Below are positions 38,573-51,395 of a stretch of DNA of 64,000 bases, piece by piece (the first letter of the stretch is position 1; each line of letters opens with the position of its first letter). Under the pieces are notes generated by a model, which searched no databases, was not told the origin of the DNA, and saw only the letters and a program-made list of their open reading frames with translations. The position numbers were made by a program, and so were the translations under genes. The stretch is from Marsupella aquatica (Eukaryota > Plantae > Marchantiophyta): positions 10,421,660-10,485,659 of the forward strand of contig OZ316893.1 of NCBI GenBank assembly GCA_973895155.1, given 5' to 3'.

Positions 38573-40009
38573 AGGACACGGCGCTTGCGACTTTAATTAA
38601 GAAGTCGAAGCAAAATCATTATACAATCAGATTGTGTTCTTCAGACATTCGCAATGACTTTCCAACAATTCAGTCAAACCGTCCAGGACAAGCTTCAACA
38701 GTGGACAGATCGAATCCGACGCTTGATGAAAAGCTTTGAGCGAGTCACAAGGCAGACTTCGAAATGTGGCAGAGGCTAATAGACCAAAGAGTTATATTGC
38801 ATGCCCTTAGCCCTCAGATCGATGTGCGTATCGTCCTTGGACTAAGACTCCGAATCACTACGTAAGAGCGACGAAAAGGCTAAGATTTGCATCTGGAAGA
38901 GTTGTTGTATTGCAGTGTTCGCATCTCAAACATAACACAGGAGATAATTTGACTGACAACTAAAGAGATAGACATCAGTTCTGACCGCGTTGCATTGCTG
39001 AGGAGATCTAGCCAGAGATAATATGCGTCTCAGACCAAACGCCGGCCATCGGCCATCAGACGGCCGGCAGATTGCACGAAGTTAGAGCTAACGACTGTCG
39101 TGGAAGAGAGGACCGTCAAACCCGCTTTCAAAAGCTCGAAGGACAAATCCATGACAAGACAGTACAAATTCAGATCCTGAGCTGCAATGTTCATTTCAGG
39201 CCACGGTGCAAATCGAGTAGAAATCCCCGACACTGTGCCCAACTTAATCTCAGTATGTCAGGCTGCCGTTTTGGAAAACATTATCAACCTCTTTACTCAA
39301 CAAATAAACCAATAAACCAACACAGACAACTGGTTGGTTGTAGCAATTGATAGTCTTGAATCTGATTCAAGGATAGCAACCCGCTACGGAAGAAAGTTAG
39401 GTGCTGAGAACAGGTCGAGTAGTCTTCGGATAAGCATATAGAACTATATATCATACATAGATTGTTATGTATCCGACTATAATGAAGGCAACGGTAGCTA
39501 CGGTACACTACGGCACGTGAGTGCCAACAGGGAAATCTCGCAGTTTCACTAAGAGCTGTCACTCAGCTTCTTCTAGTAAATCTGCCAGTACAGTACAATA
39601 TTGGTTACGGTTCTCAATTGTTTTCTAGGCGCACAAGTAACGCCTCACCTCTCAGAACTTCTCTTGCTGGAATTTCATAAGAATGATTGGTCTATTCACA
39701 TCATTTTACAATGGAAGTAGGCTATCCATTTCAGTTAGTAACACAAAGGCAGCTTGCATGCGCTCTTGATATAATTCATGAGTATGCAAGTACCAGATAC
39801 GTAAGAACTTAGTTGGAAACTTGAGTCGATGGCGACAAAACAGAAGTCAACGATGAATCCATTGAAGCATAAGAAGCCTCAAAAATTCTAGCGGCAACGT
39901 TTCTTTCTCCCGAACCCAAGTCATCAGTGCATATCTTGGAGCCTTCATATTATATAGTAGCCAAATCTCCGAGCTACAAGGTAATCGACCTTCATTCTAC
40001 TTCAAGTGG

Positions 40010-42190
40010 CTAGCAGGTCCAGGCGGACACTGAGACGACGGGGGTGTTCTGCCACCCTAGACTGAGAGCTGCACCTTCTCCAGTAAGCTTGTAGGCCCCA
40101 TTGTATAGCCCAAGCAAGAGCTTGGCCTGGTACACAGCATAACCGCTCAAAGCCAAATCCTTGAATCCTGCTTGCCGTAAACACATTTGCCAGCTCTCGG
40201 ATCGAATATGACGAACGCTGTTATGAGACCTTCCCTGTGCCAAAATGCTCCTGATATTCGAAGCGAAATGAATCTTCTCGATTCTCAACCGTTCTGTGCT
40301 AGATCTGCCAAGAGTGGCCTCAAGGCAATCGAATAAGGCGCTGTAGTGGTGCAAGGCTTCTACAAACCTGCTTAGGAAGGACGGCAGGTTATCGTTGGAC
40401 TCCACTTCCACCACAGCAACCACGACGGGGTTCAGCGAATTGACCATGTTCAAGATTCCTTGGAGAGCCCTCTGCTGGTGGTGGCGCCCCAACGACCGAT
40501 TCAGAACGTTTGCACAGTTTACTGCGAGGCTCTCCCCGAGGTGCACTCTCAGGACTCCAGCATCGAGATTCTCGAGATACGTCTCCACAACATAATTGAA
40601 CTCGAGAGGCACCTGGTGAGAAGCTGCAAATTCACAAAGACGCCTCCCCGTCTGCTGCAAAGTAGTACGATCCGTACCAACACCTGTAATTTTGAGGTGG
40701 CAAGGCTTGCCCCGCACCGAGAGAGACTGAATAAAAGACGGCCACTGCAATCCCTGTCCTATGTCGAGGTCCACCACATGGATGCGATCGTCGCAACCCA
40801 CGGCTTCCAGGATTGCCTGATTCGCCGTGAAGTGCGCAAACTTGACATACGGCACGACTTGGTAATATGCTTGGTAGGCAACATGTGAGTCCAAAGACAA
40901 AGGGCTGAAAGCCTCCGTTGACTTTGGCTGAGATGAAGCCACTGTTGTGTGAATATATGTGGTATCGGTGATCATAGCAATCTGCTCGGCGAGAGCCTCA
41001 CTGAAGTAGACTGCGATTCGTTGCATCGCATCACCGAAAGGAGAGGCCATGCTTGTCAACCGTGACAACATTTGCCTCCCGAGCTCGTAGTTCCCCTTCT
41101 CGACTGCCTCAGCACAACCTAGCAAGAGCTGCACAAGGTAGAGACCCGTCTCCTCTTGGGGCTGGGTTTCTGGCTGAGCAGCTATTACTCTTTCCTGGTG
41201 CTGAAAGCCTCCAAAACCTTCGCATTGCTTCACCATTTGACCCCCTAGGTTTCCAGTTCTGCACGACCTAAGGTCAGTATGGGACTGTCGGTTTTGAAGA
41301 GTGGTTGAGCTCTGCTGAAAATCTTCGAACTTCACCTGTACTAGATGAGAATCCAACATTTGTGACAAAGGGTCCGTCCCGACTCCAGTCTGCTCGTTGA
41401 GCAACTGGCAGAGGGGATCAGTGAGCATTTCTTGGTCCGGCTCTGGTAAGAACATCATCGCCAAATGCATATTGTCCGAAGAGAAGTTCTGCAAATCCTC
41501 AACATGAACTCCTCCCGAATTTTCCAGCTGCTGCACGCTCTCGCTACGAGAGCTTGTAAAGGAGCTCGTAGTCTGCGTATCCGAAGTCGTGTCGCCATCC
41601 AACAAGGAGTCGAGAATATCTCCGTGATCGTGAGGGTCTCCCATACAGTCTTCCCATGAAGCCGTCATATGATCATTGCCCGCATTGGAATGAAACAAGG
41701 AGACGTTAGCAAGATGGCTTTTCCTCTCGTCGCCCGGGTACGAATAGCTATCGCAATAGTTGCTCGAGAAGCTCTGCTGCCTGGAGACACTCTGAACAGA
41801 CCTCGCAGACGACGACTCTGGAGATCCATGAACTGAGCTCCTGCTCGGGCTACTGCCAGGACTAGGAGCCATGTGCATATCCAGCACAGAAGTGGGCTCA
41901 GAGAATCCGTACTGCTCCTTCTTGAGGTTCAAGGGGTGCAGGTCCATGGCTGGAAGCATGAGCGGCTCGACCATGGGAGGCAGGAAACTTGTCAGATCAG
42001 TGGAGCCCGTGCTTGTCATTGAATTCTCCATCCACATCTCGGTGTGCAGGTGATGTCTCAATGAGTTGACCGAGCTCCTCATCATCAGGCCGGAACTCGA
42101 AGACAGAGCTGGAAGGGAGCACATTTGTGGCTCCCGGTTGAATATTGGAGCAAGCTCAACAGCGCAGTTGTACAAATACCCACTTGACAT
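40010..42190 (-). CDS. GRAS family transcription factor (726 aa, intronless), most similar by eye to the RAM1-like group
   Basis: LHRI LVQLLLGCAEAV, PFGDAMQR, PYVKFAHFTANQAILEA, VHIID-type IHVVDLDIGQGLQWPSFIQSL, PFYRE-type RFVEALHHYSALFDCL, and SAW end LGWQNTPVVSVSAWTC. Intact ORF. Confidence 0.95.
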   Translation of the reverse strand: MSSGYLYNCAVELAPIFNREPQMCSLPALSSSSGLMMRSSVNSLRHHLHTEMWMENSMTSTGSTDLTSFLPPMVEPLMLPAMDLHPLNLKKEQYGFSEPTSVLDMHMAPSPGSSPSRSSVHGSPESSSARSVQSVSRQQSFSSNYCDSYSYPGDERKSHLANVSLFHSNAGNDHMTASWEDCMGDPHDHGDILDSLLDGDTTSDTQTTSSFTSSRSESVQQLENSGGVHVEDLQNFSSDNMHLAMMFLPEPDQEMLTDPLCQLLNEQTGVGTDPLSQMLDSHLVQVKFEDFQQSSTTLQNRQSHTDLRSCRTGNLGGQMVKQCEGFGGFQHQERVIAAQPETQPQEETGLYLVQLLLGCAEAVEKGNYELGRQMLSRLTSMASPFGDAMQRIAVYFSEALAEQIAMITDTTYIHTTVASSQPKSTEAFSPLSLDSHVAYQAYYQVVPYVKFAHFTANQAILEAVGCDDRIHVVDLDIGQGLQWPSFIQSLSVRGKPCHLKITGVGTDRTTLQQTGRRLCEFAASHQVPLEFNYVVETYLENLDAGVLRVHLGESLAVNCANVLNRSLGRHHQQRALQGILNMVNSLNPVVVAVVEVESNDNLPSFLSRFVEALHHYSALFDCLEATLGRSSTERLRIEKIHFASNIRSILAQGRSHNSVRHIRSESWQMCLRQAGFKDLALSGYAVYQAKLLLGLYNGAYKLTGEGAALSLGWQNTPVVSVSAWTC

Positions 42191-42780
42191 ATGTGCCTTC
42201 CTTTGCTGTGATCAACTTGGATTTTTCAAAGCAACGAGGAACACAACACAGATGGTACACTTTCTCGCTGAGCAATCCGACAGACTCGGGGACAGACTTT
42301 GTCGGCAAGAATTACCATCCCCAGCAGTCTATGATCCTCTCCTTAATGCTTTTGTCTACTGAAATCCAAACAAACTCTAAAAACATGCTTACTGAGCTAG
42401 CTACGTACCCAAGACAGAACACACCTCGCGTGACCCACTCCTTGACTACAGTGCACCAGCTCTCCAACTGGAGAAGAACACTGCGGAATTGCGTAATCCT
42501 TAGACTGAGTCAGTGAGTCACTCCCTTCTTAATAAACGAGTTCCGCCGGTCGAGCAGTTGTACACATTGGCGTGGACGACGTACACTAGTCAACCCACAC
42601 AAGCACAACGCGTGAGCATGACGGTCGAATGAGAGAGCAGAGCGAGCGCTGCCTATTAAGGGAAGAGGAGTCCGCCCCGCAGAAGAAAGAAGGCGATACT
42701 TTGATCGAGAGAGAGGAGCGATCGAGCAACGAGCAGCATGGAAGGGAAGGCATACAACGAGGGCCGACTACAGAGCGGGT

Positions 42781-42786
42781 TTTATA
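42781..42786 (-). promoter_or_regulatory. Candidate TATA box of the GRAS gene
   Basis: TATAAA on the minus strand about 590 bp upstream of the ATG, followed by a CT-rich leader. Confidence 0.4.
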
Positions 42787-45700
42787 AAAGGCCGGACGGC
42801 CTAGAGGAGAACCTACAGTCGTCAGTCGACTGTACGTGGCCTACCACTCCAGCCCTCGCAGCCTGCTCTAGAGAACTGTCGAGGGGATTATTCCTCGCTT
42901 CCGCCTGATGAGAGGTTGAGGGTTGAGACTGGTTGAGACTGGTTGCGACTGTCGCAGTGCTAGTGACAAGCCATGTCAATGTTGGTAACGTGCACAATAA
43001 TCAAACGGGGGCTCAGCTGAGACGTCGTTTCGGGCTCTCCCCGGAGTGTCGTTCATTTATTATTACTCCCATTTCTGACTTCTGCTACTTGGATGGATGG
43101 GCCTTGGGGGCTGTACCGCAAAGGGTAACTCTTATTATTATCCTGCCAGGCCCCACCCGTGCATAACGACGGGCGCCATGCGGTGAGCAGGTCGGGCAGG
43201 GTGACAATAGGCCTCTTATTAATTTACCATTCTTATTACCACGCCTACCATAATCCGGGCAGGGGGGCTGCCAATGCGGCTTGCACCTGTGGGCAGGCAG
43301 GGCAGGCCGGGCAGGGAGGGCAGGACGGGCAGGGCAGAACTGGAAAAATAAATGTTGCTTCGGTGGTAACCGAGTGAAGCTTCTACGGTCCCGGGAAGAC
43401 CCCCGCTGCTGCCCAGGTGGCAGGTGCGACACAGCGAGAGGCGGAAACAAAGGTTTTTTGCAGTTCCCCGGCAGTCGGGCAACTTGGTAACTTTACGGAC
43501 TGCCGACTGCCCGGTGGGCAACTTGGGGTGCTTTTCGCGCCGGCGGTTAGATGCCGAATTTTCGACCATTTCTCGGGCAGATTGCGCTTATATCATAAGG
43601 CGTCTCAAATATTGAAAACGAACACATCTGGGGATAACCGAGGTTAGCTCAGGCGCACCAAAACTGAGTTTAGTAGGGTGGTTGATATTTTTGGGCAATC
43701 AGAGTCACAAAAGTGTATAAAAATGGCAACATGAGTCAATAAACACATTGAACTCGGGTCCTCTTTTTGTAGCAGTTGGCCCTCCATTTCAGTCACGACT
43801 CCCATGCATGGCTGGTCAGGCCTCATATTCTATGTATGACCAGTAGTTCCCACCGCCCTGGGCCACAACACTCTTGGACTAGGTCACACGCAAAAATTCA
43901 TTGTATTTGAGACACCCTATTAGCACAAGCACGTGTTGATTTGTCAAGCAATATGGTGGAGAGTATTTGTTTCCTTCCCTTTTTTGCTTTTGTGTTCTTT
44001 TGGGTTTTTGTGTTTTTTTGGGTTGGCCAATGATGAACCCTCAATTATCATTTTCAGACATGGGCTTCCGACCAGGTCCTGTTCGTGCCCCTGCCTCTAC
44101 AGTCGTAGATGACAATTATAGCCAAATTATAGGTGTACTCACGTAAAATTGCCTTTCAAGCTCCCATGTTCTCGAAACACTGTTGTTGCTTGAGAGAGCT
44201 TTCTTCCTAGGAGGGAGGTCCAGCTAATTTGTGCACATTTGCTAACAAATGGGGCTTCCAAACCATGCAAGAGGTTTTGTAAAGTCTAAATAATTCTCTA
44301 AAATTGATGGTCCAGATCTGACCGTACATGGGTCTAATTGTATAGGGGCCTTTCTCGATTCTCATAAGTGCCACCTGTCCAAATGTCTAAAAAGGAAACA
44401 CTAGGCAGCCCTGTGAGGGCATGAGTAAGCTTTGGTATTGCCAATAAGAAGGTTCCGGTCAGTTTCTGGTGGGTGTAAAGTGACTATGGTCCGGGTGCCT
44501 GCTTATGCAGGTCCCAGGCTCGGACGTAGCACATCCAAGCCAATCATCCACCACACTGGAAAGACGGCATCTGTGGTGGGACTTCTATCATTGTTATATT
44601 GCTTTGGGGGACGTATTATATTGGGGTCGTGGATTTTTTTTCTCTTCTACTTTCTGGTCAAACACACGGTGCACAAGCATGTCAATAGGCCAACCATTGT
44701 GGACCTAGAATTGAGGGAGATATCAGCCTACGTGGTAAAAGTACCTTGATGTGCTTGACCTCGGGACTCTTCTTTAAATGTGTTCATAATCAAGGTTTTT
44801 TGAATTGTCATATGTGTTCCAAGGGAGCGCAAATACCCATGCTTATGCATAGGAAGGACTAGTGTCTCGGTAATTGCACACTTAAATGTAAATAGCCAGC
44901 CAGATGCATAGAATGAACAACCCTCAATGATATACCAGAATAATTGGGTTTATCAAGATTAGGGTACAGAAAATCCAAGTAACCTGTAGGCACATGCCAC
45001 GTTTTGATGTGCATTCAACATAAAAGGAAGAGCTCCCTATCTATAGTAGTGTACCCAGACTCCCATATCCATCCCTACTCATAAATGTAATCTAAATATC
45101 AAATGATTTTGTTATACCACCTGGAGAAATCACAGGGAAGGGCTCCCAGGGTAGTGTACACAAAGCCCCATAACCATCCCTACTCATAAATACAATCTAA
45201 ATATCGGATTGCTTCACTCTATGGGTTAGGTCAAGAAAGTTAGATTTCTTTGGCTTCATTCTATGGAAAAGGTCAACGGCAGACTTGGATTTGCAAATTG
45301 TAGTATAGATGTATAAATTTCCCTGCCACCATGTTAGCCCTTATCCACACACACAGCTTCTGCGGTCTGGTTTTAGTTACTTCGTCACCATGAACTCTGC
45401 AATTCCGATGCAGGTATGCTTTTCTCAAGACTGGGATTCAAAGAAGCCTTGAATGTAAAAAGAAAAAAGAAAAAAAGAAAAAAAAAGAAAAAAAATGTAA
45501 GCCCAGATTGCAAACTTACAATGGAACATTAGGGCTTGGTTGTGCAACTCATCAATCAAGCTGAACATTGTGAACTCGTGGGCATCTACATTATGAAAGA
45601 CAACAAGGTTACACAATTTGGACCACATGGAGGCAACCAATTAGACACATTCAGTCTGGGGCCTCTTATGGGCATGTGGCTTGCTGCCATATTTTGGATT

Positions 45701-48128
45701 TCTACACAAGCTCAAATGCATTACGTCAATTTCATTAAGCTTCCTAGTTTTCACCACCTGCAATAATTGCATTGCAGTGAATGTTGGAAAAGCTATATTG
45801 TCAGGCCCATAGTTTTTTAGCATGGCCCAACTCCATGAGTTTATGCTATCCTTGCATCTATGTCTCTGTACTTGTGAAAGATAATTCATTTTCTCTTTGC
45901 AACACAATTCCCTTGTTGGGAATATTTCTGGGAATCCATTATTAAGTCATCAAATTAGTAACCTCTCACTTCAGTTCCTCATGCAGTTCTCATGTTGATC
46001 TCAAATCGGTGCCCCCTATGATCTTAATTTATGGATTGATTTCTTTAAGGCAATCAAAAGTTAGACATTCAATCAACATCATCATTTCAAAAATAGAGAT
46101 TTTCAGTTTATATAATTCTATGTGGCTTCCAAAGTGGGGAAACCAAGCAGGTGGGGAAGAGGGTGTCACTGTGTATCAGGTTGTCAATTACAAAAGACCA
46201 TGTCCAGTCCAACGATGAATTTTCATATGATTTTAATCTCGGGGTCCTTTCTTTTCTCCCAACCCATCGTGCACAAATCAGTTAGGAAATGTTTTTGAAT
46301 TGGGCGGAAGACTTTCAAATTTTAGCTGAAAGTTATGGGTGTTCTCATCCAATTTTGAGAATTATAAGAACTGTAGGGTGTTTAATACTAAATCTACAAA
46401 TATTTCTTAGAGTACTCCATAAAGTTTTGGTTCAAAAATATTTTCCTAAACTTTAGGTTCTTTATTACTTGAACGTGACATGGGACTCTATTGGAATGAG
46501 GCCCCCAAGATTTTAATTGACCAAAGGCTTATAAGTGTAGAATATAAAAGGTGTTGACAACACAAATATAGAGATATTTGTTTTGTATGCCTTTCAAAAG
46601 TAAACAGGTCATTTTCAAAAGAGGAATGTTTCTAAAACATTCCCTTCACAAAAGAAGTTATTTTAGGTAGGCCAAAGTTGCACACAATAACCAAAAAAAT
46701 ACACCAAGTGACCCCACTACCAAGACAGTGTGGACTACAAATCTCATGAAGCTCTTTATTTAGTTGATTTCAAGGTAGGGGATTGGACTTGAGTATATTT
46801 CAACATTTTACACTGGGGTAAGAGTTTTCCACCTAGAGTCCCTTCCACAAACCTAGATTTTGATAAAGAGAACCAAGAATATGGTGTGCAAGCAACTTTG
46901 CCTCTTCGGGTCATTTCCTTGGCTGCAGGGACCGGAAAAGAATCCATCAAACATTTTCCCGACCAGTCACAGTCAGAATCTTTATCCTCATTGTCAAGTA
47001 GTGCTGGTCGGGGAAATTTATTGAACGCCTTATACCTAGTTTGGAGCTTTCTGTAAGTAGGAACAATATCACTTTTTCCACATCTCCTCGTCACGTAAAA
47101 GAGCAATAGTTAAATGTTTTTTTCACTTTTCTAACAGTATTTGGGGTTTCGTCTTTGAGTCTGTTGAGATTATTTTCTAGCAGTCCTCATGGCTGACTAA
47201 CATTGCTTTTGAGTCTTGTGTGCTCATATGGGTCCTATGACACTCCTTTGAGTAATATCCGGCCTAACTGTGTTGCTCAAATGCTTTTGGGATGTCCAGG
47301 GAAAAAATTAGAAATTAGGCAGATAGAAGAACAGCATTGTCGTGGAATTGCCCTATCTTGTGCAGCAGTGGAATGCTGAAGTGGAAGCCTCCATTCATGA
47401 AAGAATGAGGCCTGAGTATTCCTTTGCATCAACGTAGAGTGCCACTACAACACTACCTACACCTTTTGCGAACTTGAAAGCATCGCAAACAACAAAGGAA
47501 ATCAAAAAACAAAACTCGTCTTTGCGAAGTATCGCGCATCGCAATAGAATCGCAAACTGCGAAGCCCAAAGGTTCGCATCTGGTCTTTCGCAAGACCTTC
47601 GCAACGCCTTCGCAACTTGCGACACTAATAGAATCGCAAAGGACTCACATTTAAGCGACTCCATGCGCGTCGCGAGAGGATTGCGATAATAATCAAGCAG
47701 TTAAATATTTGCAATCCCATGAGTTTGGTAATATATTTGCAATATTAAGTGAATGGTAGTTATGGCATGAAGATCGCTTCGCATTTTTGTGAACTTATGT
47801 GGTTTGCATAATATTTGCGATACCTTCAGTATGGTAAATATGCGATTTGGGTTGTTCGCATAGGTTTCGCAAGATGTCTTGAGGCTAGGGTTTAGATTTA
47901 GAGTTTTGAATTATGGTTGGGGTCTTGTTGTCCAACACGGAGAATGAGGTCTGAATCAAAATTTCTTTATAGAAAATTGATAGGTACACAAAAATTAGGG
48001 TTTCCTAAACCCTAAACCCTAGATGGGTGTCATATGACAAGCTAGGTCCCTATAAGACTACCCATGATATCAAAACTATATACTACACTAAGTAAATGGG
48101 CATCCCATAGGCACTACACCACCAAGCT

Positions 48129-50095
48129 CTAGAATGGGGTCCTCCTACTCCTTGTCGCCGGCCTCTTCCCCTTGTCCCTCTTGCGACGATCCGGACGTGG
48201 CACAGGAGGTGGTGCTGGCTGCTCCTCCACATCTGGTTCCTCCTCGTCCTCGTCCTCATCCTCTTCCTCCCCCTCCTGCTGGGAAACTCCTCCTACTGGT
48301 CCAGATCCACTACTCCCTCCTACCTTGGGCCCCTTTGTCGTGGTCCCCTCATTGTTCTCATCGGTGCTGCTGGTATCACTGGCATCCTCATCATCCTGTT
48401 TGCACAGCACAACGCCAAATTGGTTTAGGTTTACGGAATGAAAAGATAAGTGGATTGGGTGGGAAAAACTGAAGGGGATACATGCACTTACAGTCGCCAA
48501 CTCTGCGTCAACCAAGTCAAAGAGATGTTTGGCTCCATGCGCAGCTCCTATCTCCATCTCTTTTGCTGTTATCTTCCTGCGGTACCTCTTATACTACCAC
48601 AACCAAACATTCCAAAACCAAAATCGGTCGAGGTTAATATGCTATAAACCCAAGAAAAATGCATGGAGGTGCTAATAGGGTGCCCCCTAGAACACAAAAC
48701 TGGGCTCAATAACCCTTAGCGGTATTTTTTAAACATAATACACACTTGCGAAACGCCCCACTTCGCAAATTCAAATAAATTGGCAGATTGCGAAGTAGTT
48801 TGCGAAGCGGGTTAGTTCGCAATAGCTTCGCATGTACAACTTTAAAAAATGCCATGATAGACTTTGCGAAACATTTGCGAAGCAACCCGCATCGCAAAAG
48901 CTTCGTAAACTCTGTTTTTAAAAAATTCTGAGAAATCTCTAAGGCACGCAATGTGTCAGGGTGACCTAAAGTACAAGGCAGGCCATAAGAAAGAAACAAG
49001 AGGTATGCACGGGGGGCATTGCAGGTTTGGATAGCAATTGAAAGCAAGGAAACAGAAGCAGGGGAGGAGAGGGCCCACTCACAAAGTGTGCTTTGAGGCC
49101 GGGAAGTCCACCTTGGCCCATCTTGTGCGTGGTCTTGGGCCGTTTGCTGACTCGCTCAGCTGCAAGGATGAATTTTTGGGGTGGTGCCCCACTTCATCCA
49201 CAATGTGCTGCATGTGAGACACCTTCTCAGCCATTGCCTTGAGGTCTCGGTCGGACTTCCCGGCCTTCTGTGCCTTGGCTTCCATCTCCTTCCAGAAGAG
49301 AAGGTTCCTGACAGCTCTCATCTGCACCTCCACTTTGTAAAAGGCATTGCACACGTCCTCAGTGAATTGCAGTGGCCTCCTCACGTTTCTGTACTCCTCC
49401 AAGTTTGCCAGGTAGGCCCTTACCTTCTTCCTATCATGGTACCGTGCTTGAGACATTGAATTGGAAATTCTATCTGCAAGCCACTGTTCATCAATCTCTG
49501 CTCCATTTCGAAATGAATCTTTGATTTGACTCATTACTTTCTTCTGGTCTGCCTTGCTGAGTTTCCCCCACTCAACTCCTCGTGCAAAATTGGAGCGCAC
49601 CATAAGCCTGATAGTGCTCTTTGCCCCGGTGTAGGCCAGTTCAGTAGGAATGCCTTCGATCAAGGCAATCATAGGCAGCTTCTTCCTCTCTTCCTCCTTC
49701 TTTCGCTGCTCCTCCCGCTGTGCTCTTATCTCATCTCGTTCCTCTCTCCTCCTCTTCTTTTCTAGGGCAGCAGGTGAGACTACTCCTGCCTTGGCCCTCT
49801 CCTCCTTCTTACGCTTCTTCTCTCTTGCCTTATGTTGAGCTGCACTCCTTTGCTCCTCCTCCCTTGCAATGTTCCCTGCATCTACTCCCGTTTGCAAGGC
49901 TTGCCCTAGGATTGCACTCAAAGAAGCAATCCCTGCTGGTGTAGTCAAATCTAAGTGGCTCAACTGTGCTGCATTGAGGTGCTCAGCCATCAAATCGGTC
50001 CATCGATTCCTCTCCTGCTCCCCATTGCCTTCATTCCCATTGCCACTGTCACTCACCCCTGCCCCATCACCTCCATTTGCTCCATTGGAATCCAT
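48129..50095 (-). pseudogene. TnpA/Ptta-En/Spm-like second gene of CACTA-2; exons 50095-49083, 48593-48492, 48395-48129
   Basis: WGKLSKADQKKVMSQIKDSF and RPLQFTEDV..AF; after a frameshift near 49180, THKMGQGG (H-x-x-G-x-G-type motif of Ptta/En/Spm proteins). Two GT-AG phase-0 introns; acidic/basic tail. Confidence 0.65.
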
Positions 50096-51395
50096 AGCTA
50101 AGCCACCCCCCGAGCGCGCGCGAGCTCCCTTCTCCCTCCCTACGCTTGAAATTTGTCAAATGCCGCTGAGTACGCCGCGGCCGAGTGCAAAAGTACAAGC
50201 GGGAAAGACTTGCGAAGCAACCCGTTTCGCAAGTTGCGATCCTTCTAGTTTCGCATGTAGTTTCTCAATTTTGCGAAACCATTGCGACATGAAAGGCTTC
50301 GCAACACCTTCGCTCTCTCGCAGAAATGCTCTCGGGCTCTGTTTTTCTGAAGGTCATGCGAAAGCATCAGCTTCGCAAAACTCAATTCTAATTTGTGACG
50401 GTATTTGCGAAGGAAGCGGCTTCGCAAGACATTGGCAACTCGTCCTGGGGGGGATGTTGGTTTCATTTGAAAGGGTTTTTTTCAAAGGTGAAGTGGACCC
50501 CTCTATACTCATATTTGGAATGCTTTTTGGCCATGTTTTGGGTGTTAGATAATAGTTGAAGGCGGGTTTGAAGGGTTAGGCAAATTTCAGGTTAATGGGT
50601 TATGTATGGTGTTGGTTTAGGCTAAGGTTTGGGTTTACATTAGTTTAGAAGAAATAATAAAGGTGTGGGATTTGGTTTACAAGAAATAAGTAAGGTTTGG
50701 GTTTAGGGTTTTAGGGTTTGGGGTTTTTAAATAGAAAGGTCTCTAGGGTTGAAGAAAGGTTTGGGTTTGTGTGTAAGTCAGATTTAGGTTTAATAGGTAG
50801 GATGCGGTTTGGGGTTGAAGGTTTGGATAAGACAAAGCAAGGTTTCATGAGATTTATATTGCAGCCTTTTGGGTTTAAGAGAGGTTCATTGGGTTTATGA
50901 ATCAAAAAGGGATTGGCATGGGTTTTGCTAACAAAGGAGGGGAATATATGATAGCTTGCAGGGTGCGGCACTTTTTGATGATTTGATACTAATGCATATG
51001 CATTGTGAGAGCTCGGGCATCTGAAAGGTAAACATTGCATGATCGGCTCAAGTGTTCCTTTCATGTACTTAATAGTTTTGGTTGCCACTATGTATAAAGG
51101 GGACATGTATATAGGGTTTTTTGTTCTTGTCTGGTCCAGATTATTGTGCTTACATATACATGGAATGGTTGCAGCTTTTCCCTCATACTTTCAGGTTGGG
51201 TTCATTAATTATCTTAGAGCCACAAGACCATTTGGCACTGCTGAGCCCGGGTCTCATAAAGGTACCTTTTTTATTGCTATGGTCATTTTGGTTTGGGTTT
51301 CTTGTTATCATTATTTGGGAACTTTGATTTATATCATTTTGTGGTATGTTTTGGTCATAACATGCCCATTTTAATTATATCTTGTTACAGGGGAT

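Noticed and set aside
20200-39900. Numerous short ORFs (about 60-160 aa) in the ORF track
   Set aside because: No recognisable motifs or consistent exon chains; compatible with chance ORFs (23340-23819 is noted separately).
42137-42162. Resemblance to miR171 near the GRAS start (mRNA reads TGTTGAGCTTGCTCCAATATT)
   Set aside because: It is the same sense as miR171, not complementary, and needs gaps and mismatches; not a supportable target site.
49869-50552. 227-aa plus-strand ORF
   Set aside because: Antisense shadow of the TnpA-like exon running into the TTCGCAA motif cluster; no protein features.
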